Shown here one piece after another: positions 26,714-35,712 of a DNA stretch of 64,000 nt (position 1 is its first letter; every line of letters starts with the position of its first letter). The notes under the pieces were generated by a model, which was not told the origin of the DNA, did no database searches, and saw only the letters and a list, made by a program, of their open reading frames with translations. The translations under genes and the position numbers were made by a program. The stretch is from Micromonosporaceae bacterium (GTDB taxonomy: Bacteria > Actinomycetota > Actinomycetes > Mycobacteriales > Micromonosporaceae), in the NCBI GenBank assembly GCA_047459215.1, contig VSBZ01000004.1:6693-70692 (forward strand), in the 5' to 3' direction.

Positions 26714-27313
26714 ATGAGGACACCCCGCGTCTGCGCACTCGCGGCCGCCGCCGTCCTGGCGCTCGCCGGCTGCGGATCCCCGTCCACGGTCGCGGACCCG
26801 GCCGGGTCGTCGGCGGACGAGCCCGCGATCCTCGCCGAGTACGGCCTGGCGGGGCTCGACGGGAAGGAGATCGTCGACCGGTTGGACCGGACCCCGGTCG
26901 ACTCCCGGCGTGCGGACCTGGTCGCCTCGGTACGCCCCGGCCAGCTGCTGCTGTCACGGGCCGGCTCCGACGAGCAGACCGTGGTCGACCTGCCGGACGA
27001 CGAGTTCTACCTGTCCGTCGCGCCGTACCGCCACCGGACCCACGAGTGCCACTTCCACAGCCTGACGACCTGCCGCGGGGAGCTGGCGGGTGAGAGGATC
27101 CACGTGACCATCACCGACCGGGACACCGGCGAGGTGCTGGTGGACGAGGTCACCGAGACGTTCGACAACGGATTCGCCGGGTTCTGGCTGCCGCGCGACA
27201 TCACCGCGACCGTCCACGTCAGGCACGGGGAGTACTCGGCCACCGGCGAGATCTCCACCGGCCCGGACGACCCGACCTGCCTGACGACCCTCCACCTGAA
27301 GCCGCACCGCTGA
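26714..27313 (+). CDS. CueP-like metal-binding lipoprotein
   Basis: ATG 26714. Lipobox LALAGCGS. The block YLSVAPYRHRTHECHFHSLTTCRGEL resembles the CueP family Cys/His signature. Confidence 0.65.
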   Translation: MRTPRVCALAAAAVLALAGCGSPSTVADPAGSSADEPAILAEYGLAGLDGKEIVDRLDRTPVDSRRADLVASVRPGQLLLSRAGSDEQTVVDLPDDEFYLSVAPYRHRTHECHFHSLTTCRGELAGERIHVTITDRDTGEVLVDEVTETFDNGFAGFWLPRDITATVHVRHGEYSATGEISTGPDDPTCLTTLHLKPHR

Positions 27314-27423
27314 CCGGTCCCCGGAACGCCCACTGACCGGGTCCTCTACTTCGGACCGCACCCGGGCCGGTTGCGGCCACGATCCCGGCGGCGACTGACG
27401 TGACCGGGCGCGGCGGAGGGTCG

Positions 27424-28287
27424 TCAGAGGACCAGCTCGGCGAGGCGGTCGATCTGGTCGAGCGAGGTGACGGTCGGGTCGAAGTAGAGCTCCGTGCAGC
27501 CGATGTCGGCGAAGGCGCGCACCGTGTCGCGCACCGCCTGCGGGGTACGCAGGGCCGAGTCGGCGATCTGGTCCGCGTACGGGCCGAGGAAGGCGTAGTA
27601 GTCGCGCAGGTTGGCCCGGGACTGGTCGGCCACCTCGTCCCCGAGCGAGTAGTACACCAGCGCGGCGAACCGTGGCTCGCCGTCGCGCCCGGCCTCCCGC
27701 CACCTGTCGCGGATGCGCGCCATGACCGGTGCGGCCGTCTCCGGCCCACTGCCGCCGGCGGTCCAGCCGGCTCCCCAGGTGACGGTGCGGCGGATGGCGG
27801 CCTCGCTGGTGCCGCCGATGAGCAGCGGCACCCGGTTGTCGCGTACCGGCGGCGGCGCGGCGGCGAGCGACCCGTCCGCGACCGGCTCGCCCCGCCACAC
27901 CCGGTGCATCAGCTCCAGGGCGGCGTCGAAGTCGCGGCCGCGACGGGAGAAGTCCCGCCCGACCGCGGCGTAGTCGTCGGCCCGCCCGCCGACCGCCACG
28001 CCCAGCGTGAGCCGCCCGCCGGAGAGCTGGTCGATGCTCGCGGCGCTCTTGGCCAGCATGACGGGGGAGTGCAGCGGCGCCAGCAGGATGTTGGACACCA
28101 GCTCGATCCGGTTGGTGGCACCGGCCGCCGCCGCCAGGGTCGCCAGCGTGTCGTAGCTCGGGTACACCACCCGGTCGATCGTCGCCAGCCCGGAGAACCC
28201 GGCCGCCTCGGCGCGGCGGGCCCACTCCAGCAGAAGGTCCCCGGGCGTGCCCGGCACGGTGTTCGGCAGTCCGATACCGATCTTCAC
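27424..28287 (-). CDS. LLM class F420-dependent oxidoreductase
   Basis: GTG 28287 preceded by GGGAGGA. VKIGIGLPN..., LSGGRLTLGVAVGGR and GCTELYFDP are typical of the TIGR03619-like LLM group. Confidence 0.85.
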   Translation of the reverse strand: MKIGIGLPNTVPGTPGDLLLEWARRAEAAGFSGLATIDRVVYPSYDTLATLAAAAGATNRIELVSNILLAPLHSPVMLAKSAASIDQLSGGRLTLGVAVGGRADDYAAVGRDFSRRGRDFDAALELMHRVWRGEPVADGSLAAAPPPVRDNRVPLLIGGTSEAAIRRTVTWGAGWTAGGSGPETAAPVMARIRDRWREAGRDGEPRFAALVYYSLGDEVADQSRANLRDYYAFLGPYADQIADSALRTPQAVRDTVRAFADIGCTELYFDPTVTSLDQIDRLAELVL

Positions 28288-28400
28288 GTGTCCTCCCGGT
28301 CGCGCCCGTGTGCCTTGACGACCGTACCAGCGGGCGGGACCACGCTCACCGCGATTCGCAGGTGGTGCCACGGCGGCGGGTCCGAGTGCACAATGGTCCG

Positions 28401-28979
28401 GTGCCGGTCGAGCTTCCCGTGCCGCACGACGACGGTGCCGCCGCCCACCTGCCCGGGATGCGCCTGCCGGCGGTGAGCCTGCCGGCCACGGACGGGTCCA
28501 CGGTGGATCTCACCGCTCTCGGCCCGGGCCGCACGGTGCTGTTCGTGTACCCGAAGACCGGCCGCCCCGGCGTGGACCCGCCGCCGGAGTGGGACACCAT
28601 CCCGGGCGCGCGGGGCTGTACGCCGGAGGCGTGCGGCTTCCGGGACCTCCACGACGCTCTCCGGGACGCCGGCGCCCGGGTGTACGGGCTGTCGACGCAG
28701 ACCACCGACTACCAGCAGGAGGCGGTCGGACGGCTGCGCCTGCCGTACCCGCTGCTCGCCGATCCGCAGCGGGCGGTCGGGCGGGCGCTCGGGCTGCCGA
28801 CGTTCGTGGCCGGCGGGGAGACCTTCTACCGGCGGCTGACGATGATCGCCCGGGACGGCGTCATCGAGCACGTCTTCTACCCGGTGTTCCCGCCGGACGC
28901 GCACGCGGCCGAGGTGCTGGAATGGCTCACGTCGCACGGTCGCGGCCGTCCGGGCGCAGCTGCTCGGCCAGCGCGATGA
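28401..28979 (+). CDS. Peroxiredoxin (AhpC/TSA, Bcp-like)
   Basis: VLFVYPKTGRPG...GCTPEACGFRD contains the peroxidatic Cys context. Start is GTG 28401 or GTG 28386. The 3' end overlaps the convergent VOC gene by 53 nt. Confidence 0.78.
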   Translation: MPVELPVPHDDGAAAHLPGMRLPAVSLPATDGSTVDLTALGPGRTVLFVYPKTGRPGVDPPPEWDTIPGARGCTPEACGFRDLHDALRDAGARVYGLSTQTTDYQQEAVGRLRLPYPLLADPQRAVGRALGLPTFVAGGETFYRRLTMIARDGVIEHVFYPVFPPDAHAAEVLEWLTSHGRGRPGAAARPAR

Positions 28980-29391
28980 CGACGCCCTCCGGGCCGCGCA
29001 CGTAGCAGAGCCGGTAGAGGTCCTCGTACTCCGCCACCTCGCCGACGAGCTCGGCGCCGTGGGTGCGCAGCCGGGCGAGGGCGTCGTCGAGGTCGTCGAC
29101 GGCGAACATGACGCTGCGGAGGCCCAGCGCGTTCGCGGGCGCGTCCGCGGGCTCCGCCCGGACCGCCGGCGGCGTGTGAAACCTGGTCAGCTCGAGCCGG
29201 CCGTGGCCGTCCGGGGTGCGCATCATCGCGATGTCGAGCCGGACGCCGTCGAGCCCCGCGACCCGGTCCACCCACCGGCCCTCGACGGGCATGCGGCCCT
29301 CCAGCTCCATGCCCAGCTCGGTGAAAAACGCCGTGGCGGCCTCGAGGTCCTCGACCACGAGGCTGACGTGGTCCATCCACCGGATCGCCAC
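28927..29391 (-). CDS. VOC family protein (glyoxalase-like)
   Basis: 154 aa. MDHVSLVVEDLEAATAFFTELGMEL...LRSVMFAVDDLD...YVRGPEGVVIAL. Confidence 0.85.
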   Translation of the reverse strand: MAIRWMDHVSLVVEDLEAATAFFTELGMELEGRMPVEGRWVDRVAGLDGVRLDIAMMRTPDGHGRLELTRFHTPPAVRAEPADAPANALGLRSVMFAVDDLDDALARLRTHGAELVGEVAEYEDLYRLCYVRGPEGVVIALAEQLRPDGRDRAT

Positions 29392-29497
29392 TTCCCGAGC
29401 ATAAACTCACATGTCGGGCGCGCGTGAGCACTCGGGCGACAGCGACGAACCCGCGCGGGCCGGCGCCGCGCCAGGGTCAGCCCGGCAGACGCGAGGG

Positions 29498-31009
29498 TCA
29501 GCCCGGCAGGCGTGGGCCGGCAGCGCGCTGGGCGACCAGCCACGCCTCGACCTCGTCGGGGTGGCGGGGCAGCCCGGCCGACAGGTTCACCGCGCCCTCG
29601 GCGGTGCACACGATGTCGTCCTCGATCCGGATGCCGATGCCGCGCAGCTCCTCGGGCACCAGCTCGTCCTCGGGCTGGAAGTACAACCCCGGCTCGATCG
29701 TGAACACGTACCCCTCGCCGATGGTGCCCTTGCGGTAGTTCTCGGGCCGGGCGTTGGCGCAGTCGTGCACGTCGATGCCGAGCATGTGCCCGAAGCCGTG
29801 CAGCGTCCACCGGCGGAACACGCCGGAGTCGTTCTCCAGCGCCTCCTCCACGCTGACCGGCAGCAGGCCGAGCTCGGCCAGCCCCTCGGCGAGCACCCGG
29901 TTGATCGACAGGGCCAGGTCCTCCCACTTCAGCCCGGGCTTGACCAGGTCGATGCCGGTCTGCTGGGCGGCGTACACGATCTCGTACACCCGCCGCTGGG
30001 TCGCGCTGAACCGGCCGTTCACCGGCAGGGTGCGGGTGACGTCGGCGGTGTAGAAGTGGTGGTTCTCCACCCCCATGTCGGCCAGCAGCAGCTGGCCGGG
30101 CACGATGGGCCGGTCGTTGCGCGTCCAGTGCAGGATCGTGGCGGCGGGGCCGGACCCGACGATCGACGAGTACCCGACGTCGTTGCCGTCGTGGCGCGCC
30201 CGCAGCCCGAAGACCCCCTCGACCAGCCGCTGCGAGACCTCCCGGTCCGGGGGCAGCACCCGGGCCACGTCCTCGAACCCGCGTACGGTCGCCTCGACCG
30301 CCTCGGTGAGCTGGGCGATCTCCCACTCGTCCTTGACCAGCTTCAGCTCCGAGATCGTCCAGGCCAGCTCGCGGTCGCGCGCGCCGTCCCCGTCCCGGTC
30401 GTACGGGGCGACCGCCGCGTCCACGCGGGGGTCCAGCCCGCGCAGCACCCGGGTGCGGCCCGGGGCGCAGTCGGCGAGAGCGGCGGGCAGGTCGGCGTAC
30501 GGGGCGGTCTCGATGCCCAGCTCCGTCGCCTTCTCCTCCAGGGTGTGGCGCCGGCCGATCCACAGCTCGCCGTACTGGCGGTCGCGGAAGAACTCGTCGG
30601 TGTCACGCGGAGAGCGCGGCCGCACGTACAGGGTGGCGTGGTGGCCCGACCCGTCCGGCCGCATGATGAGCACGCTGTCCGGATCCCGCTCGCCGGTGAG
30701 CCAGACGAAGTCGCTGCCGGGACGGAACCGGTAGGTGGTGTCGTTGGCGCGCACCTTCTCCGGCCCGGAGGGGATCACCAGCGTCTCGCCCGGGAACGCG
30801 GCCGACAGGGCCGCCCGACGGGCGGCGTACCGCTCGACCTCCTCGCGCGGCGCGACCGGCAGCGGCGCGTCCCGCCAGCCCGTCCGCATGAACTCCAGCA
30901 GCTTCTGCGGGTAGTCGGGGTCGTGCGACCCGGTGCCCGGCACGGCGCCCGTACCCGTGGTGGCGGTGCCGGTGCCGTCGGTCGCCCCGGTGTCCGGCTG
31001 TGCGCTCAT
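29498..31009 (-). CDS. Aminopeptidase P family (M24B Xaa-Pro aminopeptidase)
   Basis: 503 aa. ATG 31009 preceded by AGGAGGAC. M24 metal ligand blocks are present (LLADMGVE..YTADVTRT, HGFGHMLGIDVHD, FTIEPGLY, GIRIEDD). Confidence 0.9.
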   Translation of the reverse strand: MSAQPDTGATDGTGTATTGTGAVPGTGSHDPDYPQKLLEFMRTGWRDAPLPVAPREEVERYAARRAALSAAFPGETLVIPSGPEKVRANDTTYRFRPGSDFVWLTGERDPDSVLIMRPDGSGHHATLYVRPRSPRDTDEFFRDRQYGELWIGRRHTLEEKATELGIETAPYADLPAALADCAPGRTRVLRGLDPRVDAAVAPYDRDGDGARDRELAWTISELKLVKDEWEIAQLTEAVEATVRGFEDVARVLPPDREVSQRLVEGVFGLRARHDGNDVGYSSIVGSGPAATILHWTRNDRPIVPGQLLLADMGVENHHFYTADVTRTLPVNGRFSATQRRVYEIVYAAQQTGIDLVKPGLKWEDLALSINRVLAEGLAELGLLPVSVEEALENDSGVFRRWTLHGFGHMLGIDVHDCANARPENYRKGTIGEGYVFTIEPGLYFQPEDELVPEELRGIGIRIEDDIVCTAEGAVNLSAGLPRHPDEVEAWLVAQRAAGPRLPG

Positions 31010-31068
31010 GGGGTCCTCCTGCGCGGTCTGTCGACGCTACGACCGTACCCCGTGAAAGGATGACGGGC

Positions 31069-33030
31069 ATGTGCGGACTGCTCGCCTTCTTCAGCGCGCA
31101 CGGGTTCGCCGCCGCCCGCCGGGACGCCGTGGCGGAGGCGTTGGAGACGCTGCACCACCGCGGGCCGGACGAGACCGGGGTGGAGGTGGTCGAGGCCCTG
31201 GACGGGTCGGGCACCGACGCGGTGTTCGGCCACAAGCGGTTGTCGATCATCGACGTGAAGGCCAGCCACGAGCCGATGCCCTACGCCGACGGCCGCTACC
31301 TGCTGACCTTCAACGGCGAGATCTACAACTACGTCGAGCTGCGCGAGGAGCTGATCCGCGAGTACGGCGCCACGTTCGAGACCGCCGGCGACGCCGAGGT
31401 GCTCGCCGCCGCCTACCACTACCTGGGTGAGGACGCGCTGTACCGGCTGCGGGGCATGTTCGCGTTCGTGATCTGGGACCGGCTGCGCCGCCGGGCGTTC
31501 GGCGCCCGCGACCCGTACGGGATCAAGCCGCTGTACTACCTGGTCACCCAGGACGGGGTCTACCTCGCGTCGGAGAAGAAGGCGCTGCTGCCGTTCGCCC
31601 CCTCCGCCCGCTGGGGCGACGCCGGTCTGGACGCGGCGAACCTGTCGCACTACCTGACCCTGCAGTACGTGCCGGAGCCCGGCACGCTGCACCGCGGGAT
31701 CTCGCGGATCGGGTCGGGGGAGTGCCTGACGTGGACCCCGGAGGAGGGCATCCGGATCCGCCGCTGGTACCGGCCGCAGTTCCGGCCCACGCCCACCGAC
31801 GACCCGGAGGCGCTCTACCGGCGCATCCGGGAGACGCTGCGGGAGAGCGTCCGGATGCACATGCGCGCGGACGTGCCGGTCGGGGCCTTCCTGTCCAGCG
31901 GCATCGACTCCACCGCGGTGGTCGCGCTCGCGCGCGAGTTCCACCCCAACATCCTCACCTTCACCGTCGGGTACGACGTGCCCGGGTACTCCGAGATCGA
32001 GGTGGCGCAGGAGTCGGCCCGGCACCTGGAGGTCACCACCATCCCCACCAAGATCGGGCCGCAGGACATGATGGACGCGCTGCCCAAGATCGTGTGGCAC
32101 CTGGACGACCCGGTGGCCGACCCGGCGCTGGTGCCGCTGTACTTCGTGGCCAAGAAGGCGTCCGAGCACGTCACCGTGGTCCTGTCCGGGGAGGGTGCGG
32201 ACGAGTTCTTCGGCGGGTACACGATCTACCGCGAGCCGCTGTCGCTGGCGGTGGTGCAGGCGCTGCCGCAGCCGCTGCAGCGGGGCCTGCGCGCGGTGGC
32301 GAAGGTGATCCCGGAGGGGGTCAAGGGCAAGAGCTTCCTGCAGCGCGGCACCACGCCGATCGAGGAGCGCTACTACGGCAACGCGCGGATGTTCACCGAG
32401 GAGGAGAAGCAGCGCCTGCTGCGCCACTACGACCCCTCGGTGCGGTACACCGACGTGACCGCCCCGATCTACGCCGAGGTGCCCGAGCTGGACGACGTCA
32501 CCACCATGCAGTACGTCGACCTCTACACCTGGCTGCGCGGGGACATCCTGGTCAAGGCCGACCGCATGTCCATGGCCCACTCCCTGGAGCTGCGGGTGCC
32601 GTTCCTGGACCGGGAGGTGTTCGAGGTGGCGGCCACCATCCCGGTGGAGCTCAAGCTGCCGCCCCGGTCGACGACCACCAAGTACGCGCTGCGGCGGGCG
32701 CTGGAGGGGATTGTGCCGCCGGCCATCGTCAACCGGGACAAGCTCGGCTTCCCGACCCCGACCAGGGTGTGGCTGGCCGGGGAGATGTACGAGTGGGCGC
32801 AGGACATCCTGTCCAGCTCCGGTGCCGGCGAGCTGCTCGACCTGCCGTACGTGCAGCGGCTGCTGGCCGCGCACAAGCGGGGTGAGGCGGACTACTCCCG
32901 CAAGATCTGGACCGTGCTGGTGTTCTGCATCTGGTACGCGATCTTCGTCGACCGCACCCTCGACCCGGGCGTGGAACGCGCCCGCTCGGCGCTGCTCACC
33001 AAGCCGGTGGTGGGCTCGGTCGTGGACTGA
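31069..33030 (+). CDS. asnB: Asparagine synthase (glutamine-hydrolysing)
   Basis: Starts MCGLLAFF (N-terminal nucleophile Cys2). HRGPDE, NGEIYNY and SGGIDS-type PP-loop (FLSSGIDST) motifs. Confidence 0.95.
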   Translation: MCGLLAFFSAHGFAAARRDAVAEALETLHHRGPDETGVEVVEALDGSGTDAVFGHKRLSIIDVKASHEPMPYADGRYLLTFNGEIYNYVELREELIREYGATFETAGDAEVLAAAYHYLGEDALYRLRGMFAFVIWDRLRRRAFGARDPYGIKPLYYLVTQDGVYLASEKKALLPFAPSARWGDAGLDAANLSHYLTLQYVPEPGTLHRGISRIGSGECLTWTPEEGIRIRRWYRPQFRPTPTDDPEALYRRIRETLRESVRMHMRADVPVGAFLSSGIDSTAVVALAREFHPNILTFTVGYDVPGYSEIEVAQESARHLEVTTIPTKIGPQDMMDALPKIVWHLDDPVADPALVPLYFVAKKASEHVTVVLSGEGADEFFGGYTIYREPLSLAVVQALPQPLQRGLRAVAKVIPEGVKGKSFLQRGTTPIEERYYGNARMFTEEEKQRLLRHYDPSVRYTDVTAPIYAEVPELDDVTTMQYVDLYTWLRGDILVKADRMSMAHSLELRVPFLDREVFEVAATIPVELKLPPRSTTTKYALRRALEGIVPPAIVNRDKLGFPTPTRVWLAGEMYEWAQDILSSSGAGELLDLPYVQRLLAAHKRGEADYSRKIWTVLVFCIWYAIFVDRTLDPGVERARSALLTKPVVGSVVD

Positions 33031-33085
33031 CGGACCCGCGCGGCCACGACGGGAGGAGCGGCGCCGGGCTGGTGTGCCTCGCCCG

Positions 33086-33931
33086 TCAGTCCGCCTCGCC
33101 CGAGATCTCCGCGTACCCGCGCCGCACCGCCGTCAGCGCGACCTCGGGACCGAACGGCGCCTGGGCGGCGACCTTCTCGGGCGGCTGCCCGTCGGCGTGG
33201 CCCGCCCGGATCAGCCAGGCGAGCGTCGCCAGCTGCTCGTGCTGGGCGGTGACGAAGGCCCGGTCGACCACGGCACCGTGGCCGGGCACCACCACCGTGC
33301 GCGGGCCCGCCAGGTGCCGCAGCGCCGCCACCGTCTCCGGCCACTCCAGCGGGTACGCGTCGGTGAAGTCCGGCGGCCCGCTCTCCTCGACCAGGTCGCC
33401 GGCGACCAGCACGTCCGCGTCCGGGATGTGCACGACGAGGTCGCCGGCCGTGTGACCGCGACCCAGGTGGTGCAGCACCACCGTGCGGCCCCCGACGGTC
33501 AGGACCGCGGTGCGGTGCACGGTGTGGTCGGGCGGCAGGAGGCGCACCTCGGCCACGCCGGCGGCCAGCTCGGCGTCGGTGGCCGCCAGCTCGTCGGCCC
33601 ACCGGCGTTGCAGCAGGGACCCCTGCTCGGACAGCAGCCGGGCCGCCGCCTCGTGCGCCCACACCGGCCGGCCGCCGGCGGCCAGCACCGCGTTGCCGAA
33701 GCAGTGGTCGTAGTGGTGGTGGGTGTTGACCACCGTCCACGGATGCGGCGTGATCGCGCGGGCCGCGTCGGCGAGCTGGGCGGCCTGCGCCCCGGTGGAC
33801 AGGGTGTCGACGACCAGGGCGGCGCCGTCGCCGACCACCAGCGTCACGTTGACGTCCAGGACGGGGTAGCGCAGCACGTGGACGCCGGGGCCGACCTCCG
33901 ACCACGCGGGCAGCCGCTCGGGCAGGCTCAC
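33086..33931 (-). CDS. MBL fold metallo-hydrolase
   Basis: 281 aa. VVNTHHHYDHCFGN (HxHxDH) and downstream His/Asp ligands (HLGRGHTAGD, AGDLVE). Confidence 0.85.
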   Translation of the reverse strand: MSLPERLPAWSEVGPGVHVLRYPVLDVNVTLVVGDGAALVVDTLSTGAQAAQLADAARAITPHPWTVVNTHHHYDHCFGNAVLAAGGRPVWAHEAAARLLSEQGSLLQRRWADELAATDAELAAGVAEVRLLPPDHTVHRTAVLTVGGRTVVLHHLGRGHTAGDLVVHIPDADVLVAGDLVEESGPPDFTDAYPLEWPETVAALRHLAGPRTVVVPGHGAVVDRAFVTAQHEQLATLAWLIRAGHADGQPPEKVAAQAPFGPEVALTAVRRGYAEISGEAD

Positions 33932-33938
33932 CGCGGCC

Positions 33939-34340
33939 TCAGGAGGGTTCGCCGAACGCCTTGGCGAGGAACTGCTGGCGGTCGACGAGTGCCCGCTCGA
34001 TCCGCCCTTCGGCCACCGGCTGGTCGCCCGAGGTGACCCGCACCTCGAACAGCAGCCGGCGACCGTCCACCTTGGCCAGTGTCACGCTCGCCACCACCCT
34101 GGCGCCGACCGGGCTGGGCGCGGTGTGTTCCAGCTCCACCCGGGTGCCCACCGTGGTCGCTCCGGTGGGCAGCCGCGAGGCGGTCGCGGCCACCGTCGCC
34201 GCCTCGGCCAGGGCCAGCACCCGCGGGGTCCCGAGCACCGGGACGTCGCCGGACCCGATGGCCTGGGCGGTGTCCGCATCGGTGACCGTGAGCTCCACCT
34301 GGGCGGTCAGACCAGGGGTCAGGCTCGTGACGGGCTCCAT
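33939..34340 (-). CDS. Hotdog-fold thioesterase
   Basis: ATG 34340 (MEPVTSLTPGLTAQVELTVTDADTA...). 133 aa with the pattern typical of the fluoroacetyl-CoA-thioesterase-like hotdog family (GSGDVPVLGTP, VGTRVELEHTAPSPVG). Confidence 0.72.
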   Translation of the reverse strand: MEPVTSLTPGLTAQVELTVTDADTAQAIGSGDVPVLGTPRVLALAEAATVAATASRLPTGATTVGTRVELEHTAPSPVGARVVASVTLAKVDGRRLLFEVRVTSGDQPVAEGRIERALVDRQQFLAKAFGEPS

Positions 34341-34428
34341 GGCATCAGGGTAGCGTCCGGGAGGCCCGGCCAGGTCGTACTCGCTGGTGGCGCGCTGCTG
34401 GATCCGGGGCGGCCGGTAGCCTGAGGTC

Positions 34429-35712
34429 GTGTCCGCGACGGAGACTCGCCCGACGGCCACGGACCCCTCCAGGTCGCGCGTCGTCCGCCGCCGGGTGGCG
34501 GCCTTCGGCGCGTGGGCGGTGCTGTTCACCGTCGCCTGGGTGGTCATCGGCCTGCCCACCGACCCGCTGTACGCGTTCGCGTGGCTGTGGGCGGCCGTCA
34601 TCGCGCTGCGCATCGACCAGCCCTGGCGCGCCCACCTCGGCTTCGCCCGCGACTGGGCGCCGATCGCGCTGCTGCTGGTCGGGTACAACCTCTCCCGCGG
34701 CCTGGCCTACCACGAGGGCACCGTCCCGCACGTGACCGAGCTCATCGAGGCCGACCGCTGGATGTTCGGCTGGGCCACCGGTGGCGTGACGCCCACCGAG
34801 TGGCTGCAGGAACGGCTGTACGAACCGGACGTCATCCACTGGTGGGACGTCCTGGTGAGCTGGGTCTACTTCTCACACTTCGTGGTGGCGCTCACCGCCG
34901 CGTTCGTGCTGTGGATGCGGGACCGGCCCCGCTGGGCGTCGTTCATGCGGCGGTTCTTCTTCCTGTCTGCCGCCGGTCTCGTGACCTACTTCCTGTACCC
35001 GGCCGCGCCGCCGTGGTGGGCCGCCGACCACGGGCTGGTCGGGCAGGCCGAGCGGATCTCCACCCGGGGTTGGCACGCCATCGGGTTGTCCGGCGCGGGC
35101 AACCTGCTCAACCTCGGCCAGCTGGCGTCCAACCCGGTCGCCGCGATGCCGTCACTGCACACCGCGTTCGCGCTGTTCGTCGTGGTGTTCTTCGTCGGCT
35201 CCGTGGCCCGCCGTTGGTGGCCGCTGCTGCTCGCCTACCCGCTGGCCATGACCTTCACCCTGGTCTACGCCGGTGAGCACTGGGTGATCGACGTCCTGGC
35301 CGGCTGGGCGTACGTGGGGCTGACGTTCCTGGTGGTCGGGGCCGTGGAACGCTGGTGGGCGCGCCAGCGGACCGCCGGCACCGGTGACGACCGGGTGGGC
35401 GGCCCGGTCCGCGGTGCCGCCGTCGGGGGCGTGGTCCGCGGAGCCGGCGACGGCGTGGTGGGCTCGTCCGCCGACGGCCTCCTCGGCCGCGGCCGCGGGG
35501 CCGGGCTCCGTGGCGGCGCCCGCGGGGCCGGGCTCCGTGGCGGCGCCGGCGGGGCCGGGGTGCGTGACGGTACCGGCGACGGTGAGGTCCGCGGCGACAC
35601 CCGCGACGCCGGGACCCGGGGTGACACCGGTGACGCCGGGGTTCGTGGGCACCCCGGTGACGGGGCGGTGGACGGGCCCGCCGCCGGCGGACCGCCCGGT
35701 CCGGCGCGCTGA
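34429..35712 (+). CDS. PAP2 superfamily membrane phosphatase (PAP2_C / IPC-synthase-like); low-complexity tail uncertain
   Basis: Multi-TM protein with the AAMPSLHTAF ... YAGEHWVIDVLAGW acid-phosphatase motifs. The recognisable domain ends near nt 35370. The Gly/Arg/Ala-rich tail to 35712 overlaps the convergent ORF. Confidence 0.78.
   Translation: MSATETRPTATDPSRSRVVRRRVAAFGAWAVLFTVAWVVIGLPTDPLYAFAWLWAAVIALRIDQPWRAHLGFARDWAPIALLLVGYNLSRGLAYHEGTVPHVTELIEADRWMFGWATGGVTPTEWLQERLYEPDVIHWWDVLVSWVYFSHFVVALTAAFVLWMRDRPRWASFMRRFFFLSAAGLVTYFLYPAAPPWWAADHGLVGQAERISTRGWHAIGLSGAGNLLNLGQLASNPVAAMPSLHTAFALFVVVFFVGSVARRWWPLLLAYPLAMTFTLVYAGEHWVIDVLAGWAYVGLTFLVVGAVERWWARQRTAGTGDDRVGGPVRGAAVGGVVRGAGDGVVGSSADGLLGRGRGAGLRGGARGAGLRGGAGGAGVRDGTGDGEVRGDTRDAGTRGDTGDAGVRGHPGDGAVDGPAAGGPPGPAR

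Noticed and set aside
28927-28979. 53-nt convergent overlap between the peroxiredoxin and VOC genes, considered as a possible misannotation or frameshift.
   Set aside because: Both proteins have complete family-typical cores. The overlap involves only a short non-conserved C-terminal tail of the peroxiredoxin ORF, and short 3'-3' overlaps are common in GC-rich genomes.
35490-35580. Short tandem repeats considered as CRISPR or a VNTR-type array (also 10694-10723 and 62386-62438).
   Set aside because: Each has only two to three units with no spacers of unique sequence. All are in-frame low-complexity coding repeats and there are no cas genes.
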